From: Hypanus sabinus
Taxonomy: Eukaryota
Assembly (NCBI RefSeq): GCF_030144855.1
Contig: NC_082706.1
Span: forward strand, 36,022,001 to 36,086,000
Length of the DNA stretch: 64,000 nucleotides
Direction of reading: 5' to 3'
The notes under the pieces were generated by a model that had not been told where the DNA came from, made no database searches, and saw only the letters and a program-made list of their open reading frames with translations. Below, piece after piece: positions 25,052-37,004 of the stretch (the stretch's first letter is position 1; every line of letters begins with the position of its first letter). The position numbers and the translations under genes were made by a program.

Positions 25052-26901
25052 CACTGGACTACAATTCTTTTTTTAAGTGTTGCTTCCTCACAATTTTTTA
25101 TTTATGTTAGATTGCTTGAAGCTGAACCCAAATATAATTTCAGACTACTTATATCACGTAGGAATTTGGAGAAACAAGAAATTAAATTTATTGAATAAAT
25201 GCATAATGGTGCTGACTCTTTGCAGTAGTTCAACTTGGGCTACTTCCACATTAGACCTGATAAATCCATAACCAAAGCTTTTTCTCTTCGCTTTGACCCT
25301 CCATCTACACTGAAATGGCGTTTTCCTCCCCCAAAAATGGAGCTTTTTTGAAAATGCCCTCCAGAATGTGTAAATTTGAAAACGCCACTTGGGCAGAACA
25401 GTGTGGATGGGGTAACCGGAGATTTCTGAAAATGCTGACATGTGCCGGAATGGCAGCATGGCATTTCATTGTTTTCATGACCACAACTCCCACACAACCT
25501 AACAATTTCAGAACAGACGGCAAAGAGACTGAAGCCAGAAGAGTTAGAAATGTACTCACCAAATATTTTGACTCATAACTTACTGAATAAATAAATATAC
25601 TCACTTTGCCCTGTTTTCTGTCTTTGCTTGTATGAAGGTGGTTTACCTATTTATGCAAGTACTTCTCTGACAATAGATGTGTAACAGCCTACTGTAACAT
25701 TGTATGGAAATACCAGATAATACTGATGCAGACATGTTTTATACATTTAACAAGGTGCTTTATTAATGCAACAGAGTTGGTCAGTTTTTCCATATTCGTC
25801 GTCAGCTGGGTCATACTGTCCATGAACTCCCTGTTGGTTGCCTCCATACACTCCAGTATTTGTTTTTTTTTCAGTTTTAAGTCCTGCGTGAGAGCCAACA
25901 GCTGTCTGTTGTTTGGCAATTTCCTTTTAAGTTTTTCTAGTCTGTAACTGCACAAACGCGCGCTTTTCTGCAAGATTCGACACCAAACATGCTTCTTGTT
26001 TTCTGTAGATGTGTCCTGCGCATGCTCAATAGGAGGAGATTCGCCCAAATACCCGTTTTAATGTGGATGGAGCTATTTTCAAAAACGCTTGGTGTGAACT
26101 CCTATCGTTTTTACATGAAACCGGCATTTTCAAAATTATCTGGTCTAGTGTGGACATAGCCTAAACTAAAAATGATCATTTGTACTCAGTGATTGAGTTT
26201 TCTCACTTATGTGTCCAACAATAATCAGCCAGCATTGATGGATTCCAAGTTACCTTGATACTGTTTCTCCATGACTGCAATGTCCTGGTGAAACCTCTCA
26301 CCTTTCTTGTCACTGACAGCACCAGTATTTGCAAGGAAGAAGCCTAAATGGGAATGCAGAAAATGAATCTTTAGTGACATATTGCACTTTATGTTTTTGT
26401 ATGCTTGAAATATGTTGTCAACCAGCTGCACATAATTTTGTGCTCTCATTGCCAAGAAAATTTTCTGCAACATACTTGAATGACTTCCATGCAATTTTCT
26501 CTGGTCCCATTAGAAGTTCTTCAAATTGCCTGTCATTGATGACCTGTTTGATTTGTGGACCAACAAAAATGCCTTCCTTACTCTTGGCATCAGTTATTTT
26601 TGGATACATCTGTCTCAAAATTGAAATCCTCAGAAATTTATAGCCTTTTTAAATCCTGACCTGCTGTGCAACATCCTCTCTGACTAAGCATGCCCAGGCA
26701 TTCCTGGACATGATGGAAAACCTTTCAGGTTACATTGTGGGCAACATTTTAATTGACTTGAATTATGAATTTAAAAATATAGGTGATTTTTTTAAATGAA
26801 GCACAATGTGGAAATTTCATGGCAATTTTCATGATCATCAGCCCAAATTCCATAAAATACATCCAAATGTATTCAGGAAGCAAAATCTTTGTTGGACAGT
26901 G
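25052..26901 (-). mobile_element. Internally deleted Chapaev3 (CMC) DNA transposon
   Basis: CACTG...CAGTG termini with TAA-like TSD (tag/taa). Transposase remnants YPKITDAKSKEGIFVGPQIK and CNMSLKIHFLHSHL.FF....GAVSD..GERFHQDIAVMEKQYQG. Confidence 0.8.
25238..26161. mobile_element. Internally deleted PIF/Harbinger element nested in the Chapaev3
   Basis: About 27-bp imperfect TIRs ggctacttccacattagacctgataa / ttatctggtctagtgtggacatagcc. Convergent remnants: + EARRVRNVLTKYFDS (transposase end) and - coiled-coil EKLKRKL...MEKLTNSV (Myb/SANT partner end). Confidence 0.75.
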
Positions 26902-27581
26902 TAATTTACCCACTACTGACTACAGGCTCATCAGTCTAAAATATCCCAGGAAACTCTTGGGGCCCTTCCTGACCATCAGAACTATGGCCTCTGCGGCTAA
27001 GGACATATTAAATACTTTCTGCACCAGCCTTCAAAGTTCAAAGAGACACTTTGTCAGGTCTTGGAGATTCATACACCTTAATTTGCTTCAAGACAGCAAG
27101 CACCTCTTCCTCTGTAATCCATATTCAGTCCATGACCTCACTGCTGTTTTGCCTCAGTTCTATAGACTCTTATGTCCATCTCTTGAGTAAGTACAGATGC
27201 AAAAAATCCATTTAAGACCTTCCTCTTCTCTTTTGGCTCAGTGCATAGTTCATTTTCAAGAGGATCAGTTTTGTCCCTTGTTATTCTTTTGCTTTTAATA
27301 TATCTGGAATTCTCCTTCATCTTGTCTGCTAGAGTAACCTCATATCTTTTACCTCTCTTGGTTTCCCTCTTAAGAGTTTTCTTTCATTTCTTACACTCAA
27401 GTACCTCATTTGTTCCGCGATGCTGCTGCTTAACCAGGGCCTCAATATCTCTTAAAACCAAGGTTCCCTAAACCTGTTAGCCTTGCCTTTTATTCAAACA
27501 GGAACATACAAACTATACTCATTTCATTGTGAAGGCCTTCCACTTACCACACTTTGCCAGAAAATAACCTATCCCAAAGCA

Positions 27582-27675
27582 TGTACAAACAAGCTGGATG
27601 AACTCAGCGGGTCGGGCAGCATCCGTTGAAAGGAGCAGTCAACGTTTTGGGCCGAGACCCTTCGTCAGGACTTTA
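27582..27675 (-). mobile_element. 94-bp Penelope-derived insertion with a hammerhead-like core and 13-bp TSD
   Basis: TSD ctatcccaaagca at 27569-27581 and 27676-27688. Reverse complement contains agtcCTGACGAagggtctcggcccAAAACGTTgactg. Confidence 0.8.
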
Positions 27676-28314
27676 CTATCCCAAAGCACACTTGCCAGAT
27701 CCTTTGTGATGCCATCAAAATTGGTGTAGTTCCAGTTGAGAATCTCAACCTAAGGAGCAGTCATATCCTTCTCCACAATGATCTTGACATTAATGGAACT
27801 GTAATCATTAGATGCAAGGTGTTTCCCTGCACTCTTCCATTATTGTTACAAAGTGAAACTCAGAACAGTGAATTTGAGGGAATAAAATGTGTGTTGTATG
27901 TTAGATGTATACAACTCCTTTAATAGATTGAAGATCTTCAGTCCTTTGTGATTTTTTTTCCTGCAATTTTCAGAGCACATTGGTTTTCACTTTTGCTAAT
28001 TCCAGTGTACATTTACACTTTCTCCAGACACCTGCTCAAACTTATTTTCATGTTTCTAAATTAGAAACTTATTATACAGCTGTGCAATTAGCTTGAGTTT
28101 TGAAGATGGGATTGCCTGCACAGTTAAATACTTCGCTCGTACTCAGTGTTTGGCATTGTATTTTATGATTGACACTAGTGTGGGGTTCAGTGATATTTAC
28201 AGCACACGTGTCCATACCTCAATGTTTCAGGGGCTGTTAATTGGATGGAGTTATTGTGTGACATAGCCAGAAATGCACACCTCTGGTGAATTCCTTCATC
28301 CTTTTCTATTTTAG

Positions 28315-28461
28315 CGAGTGCACCTTGATATCCAAGTGGGGGAGCATGCCAATAATTATCCAGAAATTGCAGCAAAGGATAAATTGACAGAACTACAGCT
28401 ACGAGTTCGACAGTTGCTGGACCAGGTTGAGCAGATTCAGAAAGAACAGAACTATCAAAGG
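28315..28461 (+). CDS. TMED4: TMED4 exon 4 (coiled coil)
   Basis: ttttag|CGA...AGG|gtgagt, 147 bp, [49 protein letters not shown]. Confidence 0.97.
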
Positions 28462-30455
28462 GTGAGTAGAAAGCAAGTAGTGAATTGGGAATCAAAAACC
28501 ACTGCCCTATTACTGTTCACAGTATACAGATAGTTTGTGAAATGATTTGGTGTGAAATTAGAAAATTAGACAACATCACTTGCACTCTTCTCTGTCTCCA
28601 AGAACATGATCATCAACTGATTGCACACGGTGTTGTGTGAGACAGGAGTAAGAGTAGGTGCTGTTCAGAAGCTGACTGCAGTTAGAAAAGTGGTGAGGTC
28701 CATTGCAAAGCAGTTAACTGTGACATATGCACATGTACATGGAGTTTCTGACCAGTTCAAGGAGTCTTGAAAGATTTAAAAATTGTTGGCTCATTTTGCA
28801 CAAAGGCATTGCTGCTGTGTACAGTTCTGTTTTTGTGTATACTGTGTGCGGCTGAGTTTTAGATAACAACCAGTTGCAGCTCACTAAATGTTCTGTCCTA
28901 AATCAATGATTTACTGATGTCCACTTTTCATTCTGTTCAAGTACTTCAGCCGTACTAAATGTAAGTGATTGACGCCTCTTCTCGTGCAGCTGCGACACAA
29001 CTACTGTGTGTAACACTAGCTTGAATGATACTAAATATATTGGTCTTAAATGTTGCAACAAATGTTATTATGAGCCTGATTTCCATTATTCATTTACCAT
29101 CCTGCCCTGAAGACATTGACTGGTGTAAGGTTCTGCAGGCATCTCCCCTGCTGACCAGTCTTCATCATTGGTGGAGGTCATCGAGGTGAATCTCCTGTTT
29201 AAATTTACTCCTTGCACTTTGAATAGCATTATGTACCCCACCTCCTTTACCATGTGCAAGGTTGTAGAACCCCACTATGTTGTTTTGGATTGCAGAATAA
29301 TTCAAACATTAGAGTCACCACAAGATTATTTGGCCTAACAAAATTTCTTGGCATTTTTCAATCCCTTATAAGTGTGTGGGGATTGGTGCAAGGTCAAGAT
29401 TTAAGGATTGTCCCTTATTGAATTAAGTGGCTGCCCGGTGGCTAACAGCCAGTCAAAGACTCCAGACCTGAAGCAATATAATCCAGATAAGGAAAGACGG
29501 CAAGTACTGAAACAGTTGGACTTTTACAATGGTTACCATAATAGTGCCAGATTTATTTAATTAACTTAAATTCTCCTCTAGTGAGACTTGGAATTTTGAT
29601 TTTGAGTCACTAGTTCTGCTTCTGGTTTTCTAAAAGCTTCAGGGAATAGTGACAGGATGGAAGGAGACTCATTGCAACTGTTGGCTCCATGTGAGAGTAT
29701 TCCAATGAGAACTGCCCCCTCTTCCCACAAGTCCTGCAAATTTCCTTCCTGCCAGGTACCTATCCAGCTTCCTAATAATTGTTAAAATTGAATCAACATT
29801 TGGTAATACCAGACCCTAACCAATCACAGTGTAAATGTTCATCTTCATTCTTTTGCAAACTATATCCTTTTAAACCCTCCAGTGGGAACATTCCTATAAG
29901 CCATCGTAATTTTAAGTATATCTTTGTAGATTTGTTCACAACCTTTTCTATTTCAAGGAGCATAAACCAAACTTCTCAATGTTATTCGTATTACTTATTG
30001 TCCTTCATCCTGGAATTGTTTTAGTAAATTTCTTCTGCCCCTTTCCAAGACTATAATGTCTTCAGTCTGCTGCCCAAAATTGTGTACTTGTTCTCCTATT
30101 GTGTACAAAATCAGACTTGTTACGAATACCGTGCACTCTATGCTGCTGTTTTTAAACCCAGGATCCTGTGTGTTGCTGCTTTTTTTAAAAACCACTTTCT
30201 CATCCTGCGTACTTCTGGACTTTTTGAGAATTGTCCCTCATGGTCCATTACCTTAAACCTTTCAGAACCCATTTTTGTAGCTCACGTTCCACTCAGATTT
30301 CTCCATTATCTGTTGCACTAGCTGAAGTCATTGACACCAGCACTTGAACTTGATACTTTAACTTGGTGACCTTGGTAACTGAACAGTAAGCTCATTGTTG
30401 CTTCAGGTGTTGTTACTACAGTGAAAGTCTGATCTTGTTTTCCTTTTGTGTACAG

Positions 30456-30605
30456 TATCGGGAAGAGCGATTCCGGCTGACAAGTGAAAGCACGAACCAG
30501 CGTGTGCTGTGGTGGTCAATTGCGCAGACAATTATTCTGATCCTAACTGGGATCTGGCAGATGAAGCACCTGAAGAGCTTCTTTGAGGCAAAGAAACTGG
30601 TGTAG
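30456..30605 (+). CDS. TMED4: TMED4 exon 5 (transmembrane helix and FF/KKLV retrieval tail)
   Basis: tacag|TAT...[55 protein letters not shown]. Total CDS is 660 nt = 219 aa. Confidence 0.97.
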   Translation, partial: YREERFRLTSESTNQRVLWWSIAQTIILILTGIWQMKHLKSFFEAKKLV

Positions 30606-32209
30606 ACAATTGCCAGCTGTCACAATTGCAAGAACATGACAGCAAAACTCAATCCCCTGTCTTCGCTGACCTGCAATACAATGTGACTTTATACATGTGG
30701 TACTAAAAGCTCCTCTGGAAAGTTTAGGAGGCAAAGGTTTGGTTACTTTTAAAATGGTTACAGGTTGTAAAACAATTGGTGCAAGGGTCCCCCGGTGTGT
30801 GAAGAAATGTTAGTTTGTAGTTAACTGTGATTGTAGATTATAAGTTCCTTCCAAAGAGACTGCTTTCCTCATTGTGTTTTGGATCTGAGCAAGCCTTCTG
30901 TGGAATTCAGCCATCCCAAAGAGTTCTTTGCATTTTGCCAAAATTTTCATAGAATGCCAACTTGGGTTTCCACAAAGTGCAAAGTTTGTGTTTTTTTTTG
31001 TCAGGTACAACACAGTTCATGCTGAGAAATCAGGCCAAACTGCTGCTTATATTTGTCACTTGTGAGAGCCCAGACACATTTCCCTTCTGCTCTTAAATTA
31101 TAACTTTGGGTAATTCTTCTGGGTTCTCGAAACAAGTCGCAAAGGCAAACAGAGTAAAGAAACAGTTGGAAATGTACTGAAGGGAGAAAATTTTCACATT
31201 CACTTCTCAGCAGAATCCCTTGTACCCAAAAATATTTTACTCTGCACAAGGCACCCCAGTTGTAATCCTTGAATTATTTCTGGCCTAAGGGTCATCTCGT
31301 TGTGACAGGTTGGGATTAGTGATCAGTGCAGTTATTTTTGGAACTCAATTCTGTGTGCCAATAGAGTAATGTAGAGAGCGGGAGAAACAGGTGTTCTACC
31401 TCTCAGAGACTTTTTGTATTGTCCAAGTGAACTGTTTAATTTTTCTTCCAAAACAGTACCTCGGAAGCAAACTGTAAAAGGCCTGTCTTAACTCTGCACT
31501 CACACGGGTGCTGAAGGAAATGGCTGAGCTTCTGCCCTCTGGAGAATATGAACAGGGTGGTTTAACACCCATGCCTCAGTTGTACAAATCCCAGGAGTTG
31601 TGGCCAATCAAGACGATGCTACCAGGTTCCCCTCCTTGTAGTTCTAGTAACCTGGCTTCTGAGGGGGCAGGGGCAGGGCAAATACCTTGGGTTTCTTACA
31701 GGACCTGCAGGTGCCCCATGTAGGAAATGGCCGTGTCTGCTCCTGTGCTCTCCCTAGCGGGTTGTTTTGTGTGAAATCCTTTGTCAGTGCAGATGCTAAT
31801 TGGGCTCTGAGCTGGTAGTGAAGGCAGAAGAAACACTGAAGGTTATGGCTCTGGCTTAATTTTAACTGCCAATGGCTTGGTTTTTGCCCAGTGGATAACA
31901 TTTACAATTGTTCCCAGCAGTCTCTTTATTTTCAAGCAAGATCCACACTATGAATAGCAATGAGTAGGGGTATCTCTTAAGCTCTCCAGTTGGCCTACAG
32001 CCGTTCTAGCTCACCCCTTTGACATTGCTGTTGTGTGAAGCACTATGTTAAGAATCTGTGGTGTTAACAGTTTGTGCATGGACAGAGGAAGCTGCTACAC
32101 TGGAAATGTTTTGGGCGACCGGCATCTTGAGAACTTGGTGATTGCCCTGATTTCTCCAATCTTTCTGTTCCTCATTTTGGCACATACTATATTATTGGAC
32201 TTGGTGAGA

Positions 32210-32228
32210 AATAAAGATTTTAAATAAA
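32210..32228 (+). terminator. Likely TMED4 polyadenylation signals (about 1.6-kb 3' UTR)
   Basis: AATAAA at 32210-32215 and 32223-32228, followed by a U/GU-rich tract; no obvious TE between the stop codon and these signals. Confidence 0.7.
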
Positions 32229-33607
32229 TTTCTTAATGTTGTTTTAAACATGTCTGTGTGACATTGTTTAACCAAGAGCTATGACTTGTTTGTGATTATC
32301 CAAACAGAGCTGAGATGTATAATTACTGTGGAGTGGAGTACTATTTTATTGGGGTGGGGTGTGGCAAACTGGCTTATGTTTTTTATTAGTATCAAACATC
32401 CTTGTTAATATAAGTAGAAACTGAATTATCTATTTGTTTCAATCAACAAAAGGTTCAAATTAATAAAAGTAAACAGAAAAGGCAAACAGCATATTTTTTT
32501 CCCAAGTAAAGTTGAGGCAGGGTTGGCATCATTCTGAAGATGGGAGAGGACAGATTCCACACACAGTACATCACAAGGACGCGACAGCTTTTCAATGCAG
32601 CAATTACATAGCAGGTTGTCTGAAGAGATGTTCAGTGGGAAAGTGTTGATTCATTATTTTCCTCTACATTTGGGTTCACTCAGACTTCAGACACATGTCT
32701 CATGTCAAAGCCAAACAGTGACACCACCTCCTGCCATAAGCTCATTAAGGGAATAGGGGAAGACAGTGAGGGATAGAATCACCACTCGCCTAAACCTGGC
32801 TTATTCTAACACAGAAAGTAAAGGCTGAGGAAGGAATCCCAAACTGGTTTCTGTCAATCCCTCTTCCTCATTGCTGAGGCCTGCGTGGGAAGATAATACT
32901 GTGGTGCCCAGTTCAAGTTCCACTTTGGATTTCAGTACCACCCATTTACGCTTAATCCACATTGCTGAATTGAGCCTGTGTGTTTACTTTAACTAATAGT
33001 ATTTAACAACTGCCATATTCTCCTGCTTCCTGGGTGTGTACACCAGGCACGATTATTTGAATTGTGGTGTAACAGAAAATGGAAACACTTGTCAAAATCT
33101 GCAGCCGGAGGTGCAGAGCAGCTGATCCACATTGGCCTCCGCCATGAAGATAGGATAGATGCTGGTCTTCAGCCATTTCCGAGACATTGCAGGGGAGACA
33201 GTAGAGGTGCTGAGCCCTGGCAGTGGTCCAGCAGCGGCCCTGAAGATTCGTGCCTCACCCTTGGCTAAGCTGTTTCAGTGAACCCTGCAGTACAGGCAGT
33301 TCTCGGGTACGTCCTGCCCATCGGAAGCAGGCCAAATACAACCCAACCTGTCGGCCTGTTCTGCATCAGCGGCAAAGAGGTGGAAGGGTTAATCGATAGC
33401 AACAAACTGTTGAACTTTGACTTCATTACAGCCTTGGGTCACGCATGGACCAAGATCTGAACTGTGGGGAGGAAGTAGATATTGAGACAGTATTTGATTG
33501 AGCCTGGCATTGAGGAACCCTGGCTAACAAGGTGGGGGGGATGCTGGCGTTGGCATCACTTCAGGAAAAAGCAGCCTCCTAATGGTCAGTAATAAAATCA
33601 TCACTTA

Positions 33608-35145
33608 TAGTGCCCATAAAAAAGAATATTCAACCCCTCCCCCACCTTGGAAGTTTTCTCATTTGTTTTACAAAATTGAATCAGTGGATTTAATTTGGCT
33701 TTTTGAACACCGAGCAACACCGAGATCTATACAAAGTGATTTAAATTAATTACAAAAATAAAGAAGATTGCATAAGTATTCACCCCCATCCTTTAATATG
33801 ACACACTAAATCATCACTGGTGCAGCCAATTGGTTTTAGAATTTATTATTCTGATTTTGGAGACCACTGTGCAGTCGAAGTGTTTCAATTGATTGTAGTA
33901 AAGATACACCTGTATCTGGAAGGTCCAACTGCTGGTCAGTCAGTATCCTGGCAAAAACTGCACCATGAAGACAAAAGAATGCTCCAAATAGTTCCACGAA
34001 TAAGCTATTGAAAAGCACAAGTTAGGAGATGGATACAAGAAAATATCCAAGACACTGAATATCCATTGGTGAACAGTTAAGTCAATCATGAAGATTATGG
34101 CACAGCTGTAAATCTACCTAGAGCAGGCAGTCCTCAAAAACTGAGTGACCATGCAAGAAGGAGACTAGTGAGGGAGGCCACCAAGAGACCCATGACGACT
34201 CTGGAGGAGATACAAGCTTCAGTGACAGATGGGAGAGACTGCGCATACAATTGTCCGGGTGCTTCACCAGTCGCAGTTTTATGGGAGAATGGCAAAGAGA
34301 AAGCCACTGTTGAAAAAAAATTCACACAAAATCTCAGCTAGAGTTTGCCAAAAGGCATATGGGAGATTCTGAAGTCAGCTGGAAGAAGGTTGTATGGTCT
34401 GATGAAACCAAAATTGAGCTTTTTGGCCATTGGACTGAACTGTATTTGGCATCAGCCAAACATGACACATCATCAAAAACACACCTTCCCTATCGTGAAT
34501 CATGGGGGTGGCTGCCTTATGCTGTAGGGATGCTTCACTGCAGCAGGCCCTGGAAGGTTTATGAAGGTAGAGGGTAAAATGAATGCAGCAAAATACAGGG
34601 AAATCCTGGAGGAAAACCTGATGCAGTCTGCAAGAGAACTGTAACTTGGGAAAATATTTGTTTTCCAGCAAGACAATGACCCAAGATTAAAGCCAAAGCT
34701 ACACAGGAATGGGCTAAGAACAACAAAGTTAATGTCCTGGAGTGGCCAAGCCAGAGTCCAGACCTCAATCCAGTTGAGAATTTGTGGCTGTCTTTGAAAA
34801 GGGCTGATCAGTCACAATCCCCATGCTATCTGACAGAGCTTTTGCAGCTTTGTAAAGAAGAATGGGAAAAATTGCAGTGTCTAGGTGTGCAAAGCTGATA
34901 GAGACCTATCCACAGACTTAAGGCTGTAATTGCTGACAAAGGCGCATCAACTTGAAGAGGGTGAATACTTTTGCAATCAATTATTTTGTAATATATTTGT
35001 AATTAATTTACATTGTTTGACACGAAAAAGTCAATTTTCTGTTAATCAGTGTCAAAAAAAGCCAGATTAAATTCACTGTGATTCAATGTTGTAAAACATG
35101 AAAACTTCCAAGGGGTGGGGGAGTGAATATTTTTTATAGGCAATG
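33608..35145 (+). mobile_element. Full-span but inactivated Tc1-family transposon
   Basis: TA flanks at 33606-33607 and 35146-35147, long imperfect TIRs. Transposase from ATG 33965 (MKTKECSK*) with WSDETKIELF, FQQDND and SPDLNPVENLW triad motifs, plus stops and frameshifts. Confidence 0.92.
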
Positions 35146-35406
35146 TACCTCCCTTAACGCAGCTTACATCACTGGATGAAGTCAAAGATTCAAAGTACAT
35201 TATTATCAAAGTCTAGGTGCAGTATACAACCCTGAGATTTGTCTTCCCACAGACAGCTACGAAACAGAAAACCATGGAACCCGTTTGAAGAAAAACATAA
35301 AAACCAGCCCCATGCGCAAAAAAAGATCTTGCAAATGGCAACAAAAAGAGTAAAAAATACAATCTAATACACAAATTCAAAATAGTCGAGGTGTATTCAA
35401 TTCAGT

Positions 35407-35550
35407 GGCAAAACACACAAAATGCTGGAGAAACTCAGCAGGTCAGGCAGCATCTACGGAAATATGCACAGATCCTGCCTGATCTGAGTTCCTCCAGCAT
35501 TTTGTGTGTTTTGCATCTTTCCAGCATCTAAAGATTTTCTTGTGTTTGAT
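35407..35550. mobile_element. Penelope-derived hairpin insertion with 8-bp TSD AATTCAGT
   Basis: Near-perfect inverted arms at 35408-35514; aattcagt at 35399-35406 and 35551-35558. Confidence 0.8.
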
Positions 35551-36029
35551 AATTCAGTTCAGCTCAGCATTCGTTACCTGCAGGCCACCCCGATTCAAAA
35601 ATAGCAACAATAAAAGGAGGGACCAGAAATACATCATAATGTGAACTGCAGAGTCCAATCTACAAACCGCGTCGATTAAACCTTACCCAAGACCCAGAAC
35701 CCCGGTCTCTTCCTGTGCTGTACCATTACGTGTCCGTGATCAGAACCCACTGGATAGAGCGTTTCAGACCTCCTCGGCAGTGACCCTGTTCCTGCTGTGA
35801 GCTCCTCTCCTTGCCCAGCCTGAATCTGCCAGCATTTTATATTCACTGAAGGGGTGTTGGCTGAGCCGGTATTTTGTTGCCTGTCCCTGGTTGCCCTGGA
35901 GAAGGTGAGCTGGAGCTACTGCTGTCCAGGATTGTGGCCCAGTGACAGTGATAGAATTCAGAAGTAAAAGGAGTCAGCAGTCAGTCCAGGGTTCCCTTGT
36001 AGCCGTTTCCCTCTGCAATAAATATACCC

Positions 36030-36975
36030 ATAAGGCATAAGAGCAGAATTAGGCCATTCAGCCCATTGAGTCTGTTCCGCCATTCTATCATGGTTGCTTG
36101 TGGATTCCACTCGACCCCATACACCTGCCTTCTCGCCACATCCTTTAATGCCCTGACCGTTCAGGAAACGATCACCTTCTGCCCTAAATAGACACATGGA
36201 CTTGGCCTCCACCGCAGTCTGTCGCAGAGCATTCCACAGATTCACCACCCTCTGGCTAAAAAAATTCCTTCTTGCCTCTGTTCTAAAGGGTCGCCCCGCA
36301 ATTTTGAGGCTGTGCCCTCCAGTTCTGGGTTCTCCCATCATAGGAAACATCCCCTCCACATCCACCTTGTCTAGTCCTTACACCATTTGGTAGGTTTCAA
36401 TGACCCTGCGCTCTTATAAATTCCACTGAGTACAGGCCCAAAGCTGCCAACTGCTCCTCATATGTTAACCCCCTCATTCCTGGAATAATCCTCATGAACC
36501 TCCTCTGGACTCTTTCCAATGAAAACACATTCTTTCTGAGATACGGGGCCCAAAACTGTTGACAATACTCCAAGTTCAGCCTGACCAGTGTCTTATCTCA
36601 GCATTATCTCCTTGCTCTTATATTCTATTCCCCTTGAAATAAATGCCAACATTGCATCTGCCTTCTTTACCACAGACTCAACCTGTAAATGAACCTTCTG
36701 GGAGTCTTGCACAAGGACTCCCAAGTCCCTTTACACCTCTGATGTTTGAATCTTCTCCCCATTTAGATAATATTCTGCACTATTGCTCATTTTACCAAAA
36801 TGCATTATCATACATTTCCCAGTACTGTGTTCCATCCACCACTTTTTTGTCCATTCTTCCAATTTGTCTAAGTCCTACTGCAATTGCATTGCTTCTTCAG
36901 CAGTACCTACCCTTCTGCCTATCTTTGTATCATCCGCAAACTTTGTCACAAAGCCATTATCGAAATCACTGGCAA
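36030..36975 (-). mobile_element. CR1 LINE 3' portion
   Basis: KFADDTKIG and RNFFSQRVVNLWNAL motifs. Confidence 0.9.
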
Positions 36976-37004
36976 TGTGAAAAGCAGCAGTCCCAATACT
37001 GACC

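Larger units (their letters stand above)
24125..27830 (-). mobile_element. Fragmented CR1 ORF2 hosting four later insertions
   Basis: CR1 remnants at 24125-24215, 24710-25050 and 26902-27830; the sequence rejoins as ccttccaa-taa-tttacccactact across the Chapaev insertion. Confidence 0.75.

Noticed and set aside
14551-30605. Assignment as TMED9
   Set aside because: Residues [47 protein letters not shown] and ILILTGIWQ match TMED4.
33965-34950. Active or domesticated Tc1 transposase
   Set aside because: Stop codon at the ninth position and several further stops and frameshifts.
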